Below are positions 53,037-63,158 of a stretch of DNA of 64,000 nucleotides, piece after piece. The position numbers and the translations under genes are program-made. Numbering within the stretch: position 1 is the first letter of the stretch; each line of letters opens with the position of its first letter. The DNA is from Savitreella phatthalungensis (taxonomy: Eukaryota): the NCBI GenBank assembly GCA_051599415.1, contig AP039690.1, forward strand, positions 248,001-312,000. Reading direction: 5' to 3'. Below the pieces are notes generated by a model. It did no database searches, had not been told where the DNA came from, and saw nothing but the letters and a program-made list of their open reading frames with translations.

Positions 53037-55163
53037 ATGTTCTCCTTGGTGGTCGCCCTGTTCTGGCTCGGCAGCGCAGCGGCCAGGGTTACTTGGCCGC
53101 GCGAATACGAGGCTCGAGACTACTTTGTCGTCGATGAGAAGCGAACGCCGCTTGTCGACTTCATGAGCGATACGCGGATACGCTACGAACACAGCCTTGG
53201 GGAGCTCAAAGGTCACCACATGCTATCGATCGAACGCGGGCAAGGCCTGTCGAGACGAGACCTGCCAGCAGTCTATCCTCAAGAACCACGTCTGCGCATC
53301 AAGCGTGAGCTCTCGGACAGACAGCAGCTCGATCCGGAACTCGATGCCCTTTTCAAATCAATGATGGACGAGTTTGCATTACGCGATCCGATTATCGACG
53401 CACAATGGCACCTTTTCAATAGGCACTTCGCGGGACATGACATCAATGTCACTGGGGTCTGGCGGCAGGGCATTCACGGTCGCGGCGTCACGGTCTCTTT
53501 GATTGATGATGGCATCGACATGGATTCCCGCGATCTTGGAGAAAATTATTATGCAGCTGGGTCGTATGACTTCAACGACCACAACGATCGACCGTCTCCG
53601 AAGCTGTTTGACGACTATCATGGCACGCGGTGTGCGGGCGAGATCGCCGCCTTGCGAAATGATGTCTGCGGCATTGGTATTGCTCATGAGGCGAAGCTTT
53701 CCGGCCTGAGAATCCTGTCCGCTAGGATTACTGATGCAGATGAAGCACTGGCTCTGAACTATGACTTTCACAATAATCATATATACTCCTGCTCTTGGGG
53801 TCCTCCCGACGATGGGAAGTCAATGGAAGGTCCTTCGGAGCTAATCGAGCGAGCCTTCATCAACGGAATTCGAAATGGCCGCAACGGAAAGGGATCCATC
53901 TTCGTTTTTGCCAGCGGCAATGGCGCTATGCAGGAGGATAATTGCAATTTCGATGGCTACACAAATAGCATCTATTCCATTACGATCGGAGCTATCGACA
54001 GAATGGACTTTCATCCATATTATTCTGAGCTCTGCGCGCCACAGCTAGCAGTCACCTATTCTTCGGGTTCAGGCGAATACATTCATACCACTGATGTGGG
54101 AGAAGCAAAATGCACCGATCGCCACGGCGGCACCTCCGCAGCAGCACCACTTGCTGCTGGTATCTTTGCGTTAGTCCTTTCGATCCGCCCTGATTTGACA
54201 TGGCGCGACCTGCAATATCTTGTGGTCGAAACAGCTCTGCCCTTTCAGCTCGAGGACGAGGATTGGCAGGAAACCGTGCCTGGTCGTCGCTTCAACCATA
54301 AATTTGGCTTCGGCAAGCTCGACGCCTGGGCCATCGTGGAACGCGCTAAGACTTGGGAGCTCGTCAAGCCACAGGCTTGGTACTCTTCTCCAGCGATCAG
54401 TGTCGGCGCTGCATTCGGCGAAGATGGCAATCTTGCCGTTGAATCTGTATTTAATGTCAGCACGCTGGACAACAATGTCGGCAGGATTGAGCACGTCACA
54501 GTCACCGTCGACATCACTCATGCTTCGCGCGGTCAGCTTGTAATCGACCTGATCTCCCCTGGGCGCGTCCGATCTTCTCTCGCAACTCGCAGGTCGCATG
54601 ATGAAGCAGACTCCGGTCTTCCGGGCTGGACGTTCATGACGGTCAAGCACTGGGGCGAGGATGGTACGGGCGACTGGACTTTGCGAGTCAGCGATCCCGA
54701 TGATACGAGCAAGACCGGCATCTTTAATTCCTGGAGCCTGAAGTTGTGGGGCGAAGCCATCAACCCGGCTATAACCTTCCCATTGCCGTATCCGGGCGAG
54801 GGCGGCTCAAGTGAGGACCTTTCAGGACAGCCAGAGGTTTCTTCACCAATTGCAATGGTTTCCGCCACCGCGACGCAGCCGAGCGTCCCGACACCGACAG
54901 AGGTTATTGACGTGCCAGATAGGCCTACCAAGGTCACAGAGCCCATCTATCTATCCAAATCGGCTGTCTGGGTCTATGCCGCCATTGCAAGCCTTGTCCT
55001 GGTCAGCGGCGTTGCAGCCCTTCTGTTCCGCCTCACAAGACGTTCAGATTCGCGTGACCCATCCTCGTACGAATTCAAACAGCTCTCCCCATTGGGAGAC
55101 GATTTGTTCGACGCGTTTGCAGATATCGCGACTGACTCCGATGAAGAACATGACGGTCTTTGA
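53037..55163 (+). CDS. KEX2: Kexin-like prohormone convertase
   Basis: Signal peptide, pro-domain KR site, catalytic triad IDDG/HGTRCAGE/GGTSAA, P domain, TM helix and a YEF tail. Confidence 0.96.
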   Translation: MFSLVVALFWLGSAAARVTWPREYEARDYFVVDEKRTPLVDFMSDTRIRYEHSLGELKGHHMLSIERGQGLSRRDLPAVYPQEPRLRIKRELSDRQQLDPELDALFKSMMDEFALRDPIIDAQWHLFNRHFAGHDINVTGVWRQGIHGRGVTVSLIDDGIDMDSRDLGENYYAAGSYDFNDHNDRPSPKLFDDYHGTRCAGEIAALRNDVCGIGIAHEAKLSGLRILSARITDADEALALNYDFHNNHIYSCSWGPPDDGKSMEGPSELIERAFINGIRNGRNGKGSIFVFASGNGAMQEDNCNFDGYTNSIYSITIGAIDRMDFHPYYSELCAPQLAVTYSSGSGEYIHTTDVGEAKCTDRHGGTSAAAPLAAGIFALVLSIRPDLTWRDLQYLVVETALPFQLEDEDWQETVPGRRFNHKFGFGKLDAWAIVERAKTWELVKPQAWYSSPAISVGAAFGEDGNLAVESVFNVSTLDNNVGRIEHVTVTVDITHASRGQLVIDLISPGRVRSSLATRRSHDEADSGLPGWTFMTVKHWGEDGTGDWTLRVSDPDDTSKTGIFNSWSLKLWGEAINPAITFPLPYPGEGGSSEDLSGQPEVSSPIAMVSATATQPSVPTPTEVIDVPDRPTKVTEPIYLSKSAVWVYAAIASLVLVSGVAALLFRLTRRSDSRDPSSYEFKQLSPLGDDLFDAFADIATDSDEEHDGL

Positions 55164-56460
55164 TTTTTCGCCAAGCAGCATTTCATTGTACGATTATAGT
55201 CGTCCACGGCTGGTTCTCCCCAGAGCCATGCAGCAGTCATGCGTCAGAATGCATCGCTGTCGCGACGGCACCGTCATCTGACCTCCAAGCCCTTGAAGAA
55301 CGGCTCTTGCGCGTAGGGTGCAGTATGTTGCGGATCTTCACAGACCGAGTGAGTGCACGGCGGCATCTGGTGGGCATACCCGATGCGAACAAAAAACAGC
55401 GGAACATGAATCTGGGTGGCAAAACTGTAAATGCATTCTTGCGCACCCGAGTTGGAATGGACTGTGCTCTGTTCACCAACCGCCATGAAATTTTCAAACG
55501 CGATCACGATAGCGTTGTAGACGATGGCTGTGAGTTGGACAAACGGATTTGCGCGGCCCGCGAGCAACAGGGAAACAGATAATTGTCGCGCCACTCGAGA
55601 TGACAGACATAGCAAAATAGACCTGGGAGATACAACACAGGGGGACAACCAAGACTCACTACATCACGACGATCACTGGGGACGGAAAGAGCTGACCAGG
55701 GGCTGGATTCGCTGCTATGACCCAAACCCGGAAAGTGCTGCCGTATATTTCATGCATGCCTTGGATCACACAACGCAAGCCTAAAACCCGCTGACGTGGC
55801 GGATTGCATGAGCCAGGACTGCATATTAGCGATGCAGCATAGTGCGTGCAAATGACATTGTAGTAACGCCAGGGCCCACCGCAATGCTCAAATCTTCTTG
55901 GTGCCCAGTAGGCCGTCATACAGATCGGAACATCTCCTAATGAAGTACCGAGAGACTACAGTGTGCAACGGGCGTGCCTGATTTGAATACGGGCGTGCCG
56001 CTCGCCCGACCAAGAAACTAGGAACGACAAGTTTGCAGCGGACTGAGGAATAGACAGTCTCCTGTGCACAAGAGAAACAGGCTGGAGCAGCTTTCAGGAC
56101 CAGCAGAGAGACCTATATCACTGTACAAAAGACAGATTGTGTCGCTGCAGGACACGCATGATGACAATTTTGAGGGCTCTCTGAGAGAATCATATGTGTG
56201 AACAACTACAAGGGCCGCTGAGGCAGAATTCTGCATGACTCAACAGTAGTAGAGATGCACCATAGCGATTACCCGAGAGCTGCGCTTTGTCGCTAATGGA
56301 GCTCTTGGTGAGCATAAATAGCTCACGGCTGACCCATAGAACCGACCAACAGAAGTTATACCGAAATGTGAGGCAGAAGTGATTCGTTATTGTAGATCAA
56401 CAGCTTGCTAACCCGATGGCCATGCAAGCCGTGTCAACAAACCCTTGTGGCGGAGATAGG

Positions 56461-56940
56461 TTGATTGATTTGCTCAGGTCACCGGAAGAATTGCCTCCCT
56501 TGCTTGCTGCATTCGAGACGACCATGTGATTGATTGACAGATTTGAGCAATTTGACCTTGATATATACCTCAATGCCACTTCGGTCCCATTTGTCAAGAA
56601 CTAGATTGATCAGGGTCACAATCGCAAAGCATGATTGGCACATTTACATTCATAACTGAGCACGAAAATGCTGTGAATGCACAGTTGTACACAAAAGTTC
56701 TAGGAATGACACACAAATGTCGGACACTGCAGGCGCAGACCGCAGCGAAAGAGACTGAAATATGACGCTTGGGACTGCTAAAACAAATTGAGACATGTAA
56801 GAAATCGTGTCATAGCGCTGAAGAAAGGCTTCGGCATGAAATTATCTGTATTTTTGACTTGAACAAGCGCAAAGATCACGTTGTCAAGATCATTGAAGCG
56901 TGATGAATGGCTGTGAAACTATAGGGATTTCCAAGAAGTC
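56461..56940 (+). pseudogene. Possible decayed ORF of unknown family
   Basis: Protein-like reading interrupted mainly by TGA/TAG stops and one frameshift (LIDLLRSPEELPPLLAAFETTM*LIDRF...; AKETEI*RLGLLKQIE...KIIEA**MAV). Confidence 0.35.
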
Positions 56941-57149
56941 ACACAATGATAGAAAACAAAAGCCAGAATTTTACAGTTGTTGCAAAGGGCAAGTGGGGTG
57001 CCCGAGCGCTTTCAACCAATAAGGTTGACACAAACTATATATATCCCGTTCAAAAATCCCAAACTGTTTTCAGCAGTGCCAGACTATAGCCATGAAGTCA
57101 GGGATGAAACACTGCATGGCATCCCTAAGTGCAAGTCAACAGTTAGGGA

Positions 57150-57372
57150 CAAACCAAACTGTAAAACCAAACTGTAAAATCAAACTGTGAAAAGCAAACT
57201 GTAAAACCAAACTGCAGAGCCAGACTGTGAAGACCAATTTGCAAAAACCAAACTGCATCCAAGACTGCAGCGTTCCACAGATGTGAACCAAACTGCATCA
57301 TGAACTCTGCATTTTCTGCATTCCCTGCATTGCCTGCATTCCACTGCATTCCACTGCATTCCACTGCATTCT
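57150..57372. repeat. Short degenerate tandem repeats (AAACCAAACTGT-like, then CCACTGCATT-like)
   Basis: Read directly from the sequence. Confidence 0.8.
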
Positions 57373-57622
57373 ATGCATATGACTGCCTTCTCTGCATCTG
57401 TCTGTGCCTGAATGTGAAAAATTCGGCAAAATCCCCAGTATCAGAACACTCAGAGAAATGTTCTGACCTCATGCATGGAGGGAAAGTACTGAGAGCGCTC
57501 TTGCTCCCTGACTGTCTAGAGCTTATTGGCAGTTAATTGTTGCTCCAAGCAGGATTTGAACTGGAGACCTCAACATTCAAATTCTGCCAGACCTGCATCT
57601 ACCCTCCATGCACAAAGCTTGT

Positions 57623-57718
57623 GACTCAGTAGCTCAGTGAGGGCCAAATCACTGTGCCACGAGACCAAGGGACTCAGTAGCTCAGTGAGGGCCAAATCAC
57701 TGTGCCACGAGACCAAGG
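57623..57718. repeat. Perfect 48-bp tandem duplication
   Basis: GACTCAGTAGCTCAGTGAGGGCCAAATCACTGTGCCACGAGACCAAGG occurs twice. Confidence 0.95.
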
Positions 57719-58481
57719 GCTCTGCATTGTGAGCACGCGGCAAGCTCAGTATGTAAATGAAAATCTGTTGTACATGTGAAAATGTTTCTTATAGAGTTGA
57801 TCAATGGCATCATGATGAGACTAGTCTCATGATCATCCCACACCTGGATCAGAAAATATAGCCTATCAAAGCGGTCAAAATGGAAGATGATGTCATGTTG
57901 TGTATACATAGAGGCATAAATAAGATGAGATAGGACATAAGGTAGGAACAAAATGGATTGTTCAAGTGGTGCACATCTAAATGGCATAGACTTGCATGCA
58001 TTGACAACAAATGAAATTGGTGTGGAAATGAGAGATAGATAGTGGTGATCACAGTCAATCAAAAGTAGACAGGGTGGTCAAACAAGCTAGAGAGAAAGCA
58101 CAGACAGGCACAGTCACAATGTAGTTGACAGATTACAGTGCATGACAGTGGCCAGTACAGGTGACAGCGCACAAGACAGGCAATTGGAGCAAGTGAGAGT
58201 GAATTAGAGTTGGTTCTGGCATAAAGGGCACAGCGCAGTGCAAGCAATGGAATTGACAAGCAACAGTGGAGGAAACAGTGCATGCCAAATGACATTGCAG
58301 TCAATTGCAATTGATTGATGTTGCACAACAGGCGCCAGTGCCAATTGCAGTCCAAGGATTGAGAATGCAGGCAACAGGGTAGGGCCAGGGCCAAGGAGGT
58401 GGTGTTTATAACAAGCAGAGACAGAGTCAGTGGCAGGGCCAGGTGACAAATGACAGTGACAAGTGCAGGAATGACACATCA

Positions 58482-59209
58482 AGTGACAGTGCAGTTTGAA
58501 CAGATGACATCATTCAGCCAATGGCAGTGCAGTAATGAAACAAGGTACAGTGCAGGCAACAAGTGTGTGATACACAACAGGGGTTGACAGGTCAACAGCA
58601 ATTGGCAGATCAAGGGTTTGACAAATGTTGGGTCACAGAGCGGGGCAGTGGGTCAGGTGACGGTGCAGGCAACAGCATTTGCCAGATGATGGTGCAGGTA
58701 ATGGCATTTGACAGATGTGTTGCAGGTAAAGGCGGTTGACAGATGTGTTGCAGGTAAAGATGTTTGACAGGTGGCAGTGCAGGTAACAGCATTTGACAAG
58801 CGACATGCAAGTAACAGCATGTGACAGGTGACATGCAGATAACAGCATTTGGCATTTGGCAGGTGACGGTGCAGTTGCAGATGAAACAGATGGCAGGGCG
58901 ATTAACAGTTGGAATGTGGGGAGCAAATGGCATGGGATGTGTCAGGTAAACAGGAGGAAGAATGTCAGATAGAGGAGGGATTGAGAGCAGGAGTACAGCA
59001 GAGAGAGGAGCAGCAAGAAAACAGCAAGATGATGATGATGTTGAAGATCAGCAGGGACATATGCGTGCGGACAAGTGCAGTATAGCAAGGCAGCAGGCGT
59101 TATCAAAGAAACAAGGTTAACAAGCAAGCGAGCGAGCGAGCAAGCAAGCGAGCAAAGCGGAGCAAGGGTTGGGGCATTGGTTAGTTTGACGGCGGTTAGT
59201 TTTTGTGGG
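58482..59209 (-). repeat. Telomere-adjacent sequence (TAS), copy A
   Basis: Its reverse complement aligns with 63251-64000 (CAAAAACTAACCGCCGTCAAACTA...CAATGCCCCAACCCTTGCTC...). Confidence 0.9.
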
Positions 59210-59269
59210 TCAGGGTGAGGGTGAGGGTTAGGGTTAGGGTCAGGGTCAGGGTCAGGGTCAGGGTCAGGG
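59210..59269 (+). repeat. Interstitial degenerate telomere tract (10 hexamers: TCAGGG, TGAGGG, TTAGGG)
   Basis: TCAGGG (TGAGGG)2 (TTAGGG)2 (TCAGGG)5, immediately distal to TAS copy A. Confidence 0.93.
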
Positions 59270-59338
59270 TCTAGATATATGCCTCGCATTTGACCCCGTT
59301 TGTTTGACCTGGTTTAGATAGGGGCAATTTTTTCGTCT

Positions 59339-60269
59339 GACAAACGGCGCAATGCACAAAAATTTGGCGCCGTTTGTCGTGCATCCGACCTCAAATTGGC
59401 GCCAAAATGGCGCCGTTTGTCAGCGGGGCCGGAAAGATAAAATTTGGTCCTATCTGGAGGCCCTCAGAAGAATAATTTGATCTCCAAAAAATATCAATTT
59501 TGGCGCCGTTTGTCAAGTTTTGGTCATGTGAGGCGCCGTTTGTCAGGCACCTGACCAGCAAATTGGCGCCGTTTTTTGGAAATAGATTGCCTGTGCGCCG
59601 TTTGTTCTGTGCATCCATTTGAAATTGGCGCCGTTTGTCAGGCACCTGACCACCAAATTGGCGCCGTTTGTCAAACACCTAGCGAGGATCTGGCGCCGTT
59701 TGTTGTGCATCCATCTGAAATTGGCGCCGTTTGTCAGACAGCTGACCACCAAATTGGCGCCGTTTGTCGTGCATCCATTCAAGATTGGCGCCGTTTGTCA
59801 GACAGCTGACCAGCAAATTGGCGCCGTTTGTTGTGCATCCAATTGAGATTGGCGCCGTTTGTCAGACAGCTGACTACCAAATTGGCGCCGTTTGTCGTGC
59901 ATCCATATGAGATTGGCGCCGTTTGTCAGACAGCTGACCAGCAAATTGGCGCCGTTTGTCGTGCATCCATTCAAGATTGGCGCCGTTTGTCAGGCAGCTG
60001 ACCACCAAATTGGCGCCGTTTGTCAAACACCTAGTGAGTACTTGGCGCCGTTTGTCGTGCATCCATTCAAGATTGGCGCCGTTTGTCAGACAGCTGACCA
60101 CCAAATTGGCGCCGTTTGTCAAACACCTAGTGAGTGCTTGGCGCCGTTTGTTGTGCATCCATTCAAGATTGGCGCCGTTTGTCAGACAGCTGACCACCAA
60201 ATTGGCGCCGTTTGTCAAACACCTAGTGAGTGCTTGGCGCCGTTTGTTTTGTGCATTGCGCCGTTTGTC
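59339..60269. repeat. Satellite of ~27 TTGGCGCCGTTTGTC cores at 31-33-bp spacing, with 64- and 96-bp higher-order units
   Basis: Three recurring subunits (…AGACAGCTGACCAGCAAA, …GTGCATCCATTCAAGA, …AAACACCTAGTGAGTAC). The array is bounded by a 23-bp inverted repeat. Confidence 0.95.
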
Positions 60270-60419
60270 GAGAACCCTGTCCTTTCTGGGTTGCAAGGTT
60301 GTGTTTTGCAGCAAGTCTCACCACCCCGCTGGACTTGACCAAAAGAAAGTCATGTTGATGTTCTGACAAGACAGTGTGAGAGCTTTGCACGTTTTGTTAT
60401 GGGATTATGAATGAGTGCT

Positions 60420-61090
60420 CGCAAGACTCTACAGCATCATTGTAGAACACTGACAAGACTCTGCAGCATCATCGGCAAGCACTTGCAAGACACTACACTA
60501 TCAAGAGCGAGCATTTGCCAGACACTGCAGCATGATTGACAATCACTCGCCGGACGCTACAGCACAATCAATGATCACTCGCAAGACACTATAACACGAT
60601 CAACAATCACTCGCCAGACACTACAACACGGTCGACAATCACTTGCTGGACACTGCAGCATCATCGACGGACACTTGTTGGACTCTGCTGTATCATTGAC
60701 GGGCACTTGTTGGACTCTGCAGCATCATCGACGGGCACTCGCCGGACTCTGCTGTATCATCGACAAGCACTCGCCGGACACCGCAGCGTCATTGACGGGC
60801 ACTCGCTGGACGCTGCAGCAACATCGACGGGCACTCGCTGGACGCTGCAGCAACATCGACGGGCACTCGCCGGACACTGCAGCAACATCGACGGGCACTC
60901 GCTGGACGCTGCAGCAACATCGACGGGCACTCGCCGGACACTGCAGCAACATCGACGGGCACTCGCCGGACACTGCAGCATCATCGACAAGCACTCGCCG
61001 GACACTGCAGCGTCATTGACATGCACTTGCTGGACACTACAGTCTCATTGACAGGTACTCGCCAGACTCTGCAGCAATATTGACGGGCAC
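60420..61090. repeat. 32-bp minisatellite (GGACACTGCAGCAACATCGACGGGCACTCGCC), ~20 copies
   Basis: Near-perfect copies at 60800-61000, degenerate toward both edges. Confidence 0.93.
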
Positions 61091-61229
61091 CTGACGGAGT
61101 TGACAGGAGTCCTAGCAAGGGATCCACCAGAATGCGCACACCTTTGAATGTATCATCACTTTTATCTCTTCCAACCAGAACAGTTCCGAGTAATTTTGCA
61201 CAAGTCAATATGAAGATGATTCAAGCTGC

Positions 61230-63052
61230 CTAGCAAGCTGGTGTGGCGCGCCTGAGTGAGCCCTCTGATTCGACAAAGAGAGACCAGAGAAGCAAGGTCG
61301 CCAGACTTGCAGGCAGAGACGAAACCCAGAATCGGAGCTGGCGAAGGTGCGAGATAAAGCTGGTGCCGTTCACCAACATTGCTATCACCTCCTCCTCAGA
61401 GCTCGAGTAGTGGTTCAAGGCACGCAACAGATGAGGATCCTGTCTGCTATACAGGCCCCAGAGAAGCGGCAGCACCGTGTCCCCAAGCACGCAGCTGGTT
61501 GCGTCCTGCTGCTTCCGCGCCAGATAGCATATTTTCATCGCATTGTCGCACACATAACACACAGCCATCTTGTGGTCGTACTTTGCAGCATCCATCTTGT
61601 CGGCCACAAAGCGCCGGTGTCGGGCACAGCTGTCCTTGCTCTCAGCACGGCAATCCTCGTCAAACGCCAGGCAGACGGCGCACTTGCCATTGTAGGCAGT
61701 GAGGAAGTCCACCATCTTTTGCAGCGCGTAGTCAAGTCTGCTGCGCTCAGACTCTGTCAGCTGGGCAAAAGACAGCCTGGCCTCTGTCTGGCCATTTGTT
61801 GACCTCAGCAAGACAGCTGCAGAGTGTACCGTGCCAGGTGCTTGCGTTGCTGAGTTTGGTGTGGCCGGCGCTCGACCTGCGCCTGTCGTGTGCAACCCGA
61901 ACCCAAGGGATGCGTTCGGCGTCGACGGCACTTGGCTGTGAACCTGTGGCAACGCCATCAGGTCTCCAGGGCTGCGGCGCACACCTGAGTGTTCCCGTCT
62001 CACGGTCCTTCGTGATGTGTTGGACGGAGTGGGAGAATGTGTTCCAGGGTAAGGCCATGTCTGGTCCAGTGCCGCTCGCGCTGGCCCGTTGCGCTGAGGT
62101 GCTGACAGCCGACTGTATCTTGGGACACCTGGTCTGGGACTGCTGTACAAGGGCAACGGGCTGCTGCGCACATCAGAGGTCTCTCGGCGACGTTTTGGTG
62201 ACTGTCTGTCACAAGGTGGCTCCAGTGGGAGGTCATTGGTAGGGTGCACGAGCACACTTGTGGCGTCTGTGAGATCTGTGACCGGGGGCGCCGCGTTGTC
62301 TGCCCCGACGCGCTCGATCGGCGCCATTGCAAGCTGGGAGGCTGTCAAGATTGGCTGGGAGTTCTCGTTGATCTGAGACTGGCAGAGGTCACACAGCCGA
62401 CGGCCTGCATTGATGCAAGTCGCTCGTCTGCCATCAAGAAAGTCCTGCATTACTGCCGTCCGGCACTCGACAGCACTCAGCAGCCTTCTCATCTGCAGCA
62501 CAGACTGGATCCGTAGCAGGCCCGCAGTGTCTCGGTTCTCGTCCTCAGGAGGCAGGAAACCTCCCGACGGCATCAGAACATATGACCACGCACCCTTGCC
62601 ATCGCGCCCTGCCCTGCCAATCTCCTGTGCGTAGTCGATCAAAGAGTACGGCGCGTTGCTGTGCACAACAAGCCGGATATCTGCACAGTCCAATCCGGTG
62701 CCGAGGGCGGTGGTGCCCACGATAACGAGTCTCGAGGAATCCTGCCGCCATGCAGCGAGTATCCGCTCGCGTTGGATATGGTGGACGCTCCCGTGGATGA
62801 GCGGCCAGCTGTTCTCCTCGGCCAGCTGTGTGGCTGCATGCCTTGTCTTGCAGATGACCATGGCACGATCGTCGGGCTTGATCCTGTGGCGGTCGAGCAG
62901 GCGCAGCACTGTCTCAGACACAAGCTTGGAGGTGAGCCTCTGGACGGTCTCGACATTCAGGCTGATGTCCTTGCGGATGGTTTCGTGGTCCCGGAAGACA
63001 ATTGTTGGCATGGGGTGGTCTCGCAACACCTTCTCTGCGAGGTCATTCTGCC
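61230..63052 (-). pseudogene. 5'-truncated telomere-linked RecQ helicase (TLH-like)
   Basis: Motif IV (AMVICKTR), motif V (VGTTALGTGLD), motif VI (YAQEIGRAGRDG) and the RecQ Zn site (CR...C...CDLC) are present. Walker A, DEAH and motif III are missing because the frame runs into the telomere repeats. Confidence 0.88.
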
Positions 63053-63106
63053 TTAGGGTTAGGGTTAGGGTTAGGGTTAGGGTTAGGGTTAGGGTTAGGG
63101 TTAGGG
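63053..63106 (+). repeat. Telomere (TTAGGG)9, the likely true right end of this chromosome
   Basis: Perfect TTAGGG repeats followed directly by sequencing adapter. Confidence 0.93.
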
Positions 63107-63158
63107 TTACGTATTGCTAAGGTTAAGACTACTTTCTGCCTTTGCGAGAACAGCACCT
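63106..63158 (+). other. Oxford Nanopore adapter tail plus native barcode NB06 (technical artefact)
   Basis: GTTACGTATTGCT (adapter 3' end) + AAGGTTAA (flank) + GACTACTTTCTGCCTTTGCGAGAA (24-nt barcode) + CAGCACCT (flank). Confidence 0.95.

Noticed and set aside
55160..55919. Possible gene immediately downstream of KEX2
   Set aside because: Several short overlapping ORFs lie on both strands and none has a recognisable motif.
59339..60269. CRISPR-like array
   Set aside because: The spacers are short and recur in three classes, the core is only ~14 bp, there are no cas genes and the context is eukaryotic.
57697..61208. Many short ORFs in the TAS and satellites (TNGAN..., LAPFV..., Cys/His/Leu-rich, DPDP/NPNP)
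   Set aside because: They are by-products of translating tandem repeats and skewed DNA; no domain signatures are present.
58482..63052. Autonomous MoTeR- or Penelope-type retrotransposon
   Set aside because: I found no reverse transcriptase or endonuclease ORF and saw no hammerhead core by eye. Only the polarity is similar.
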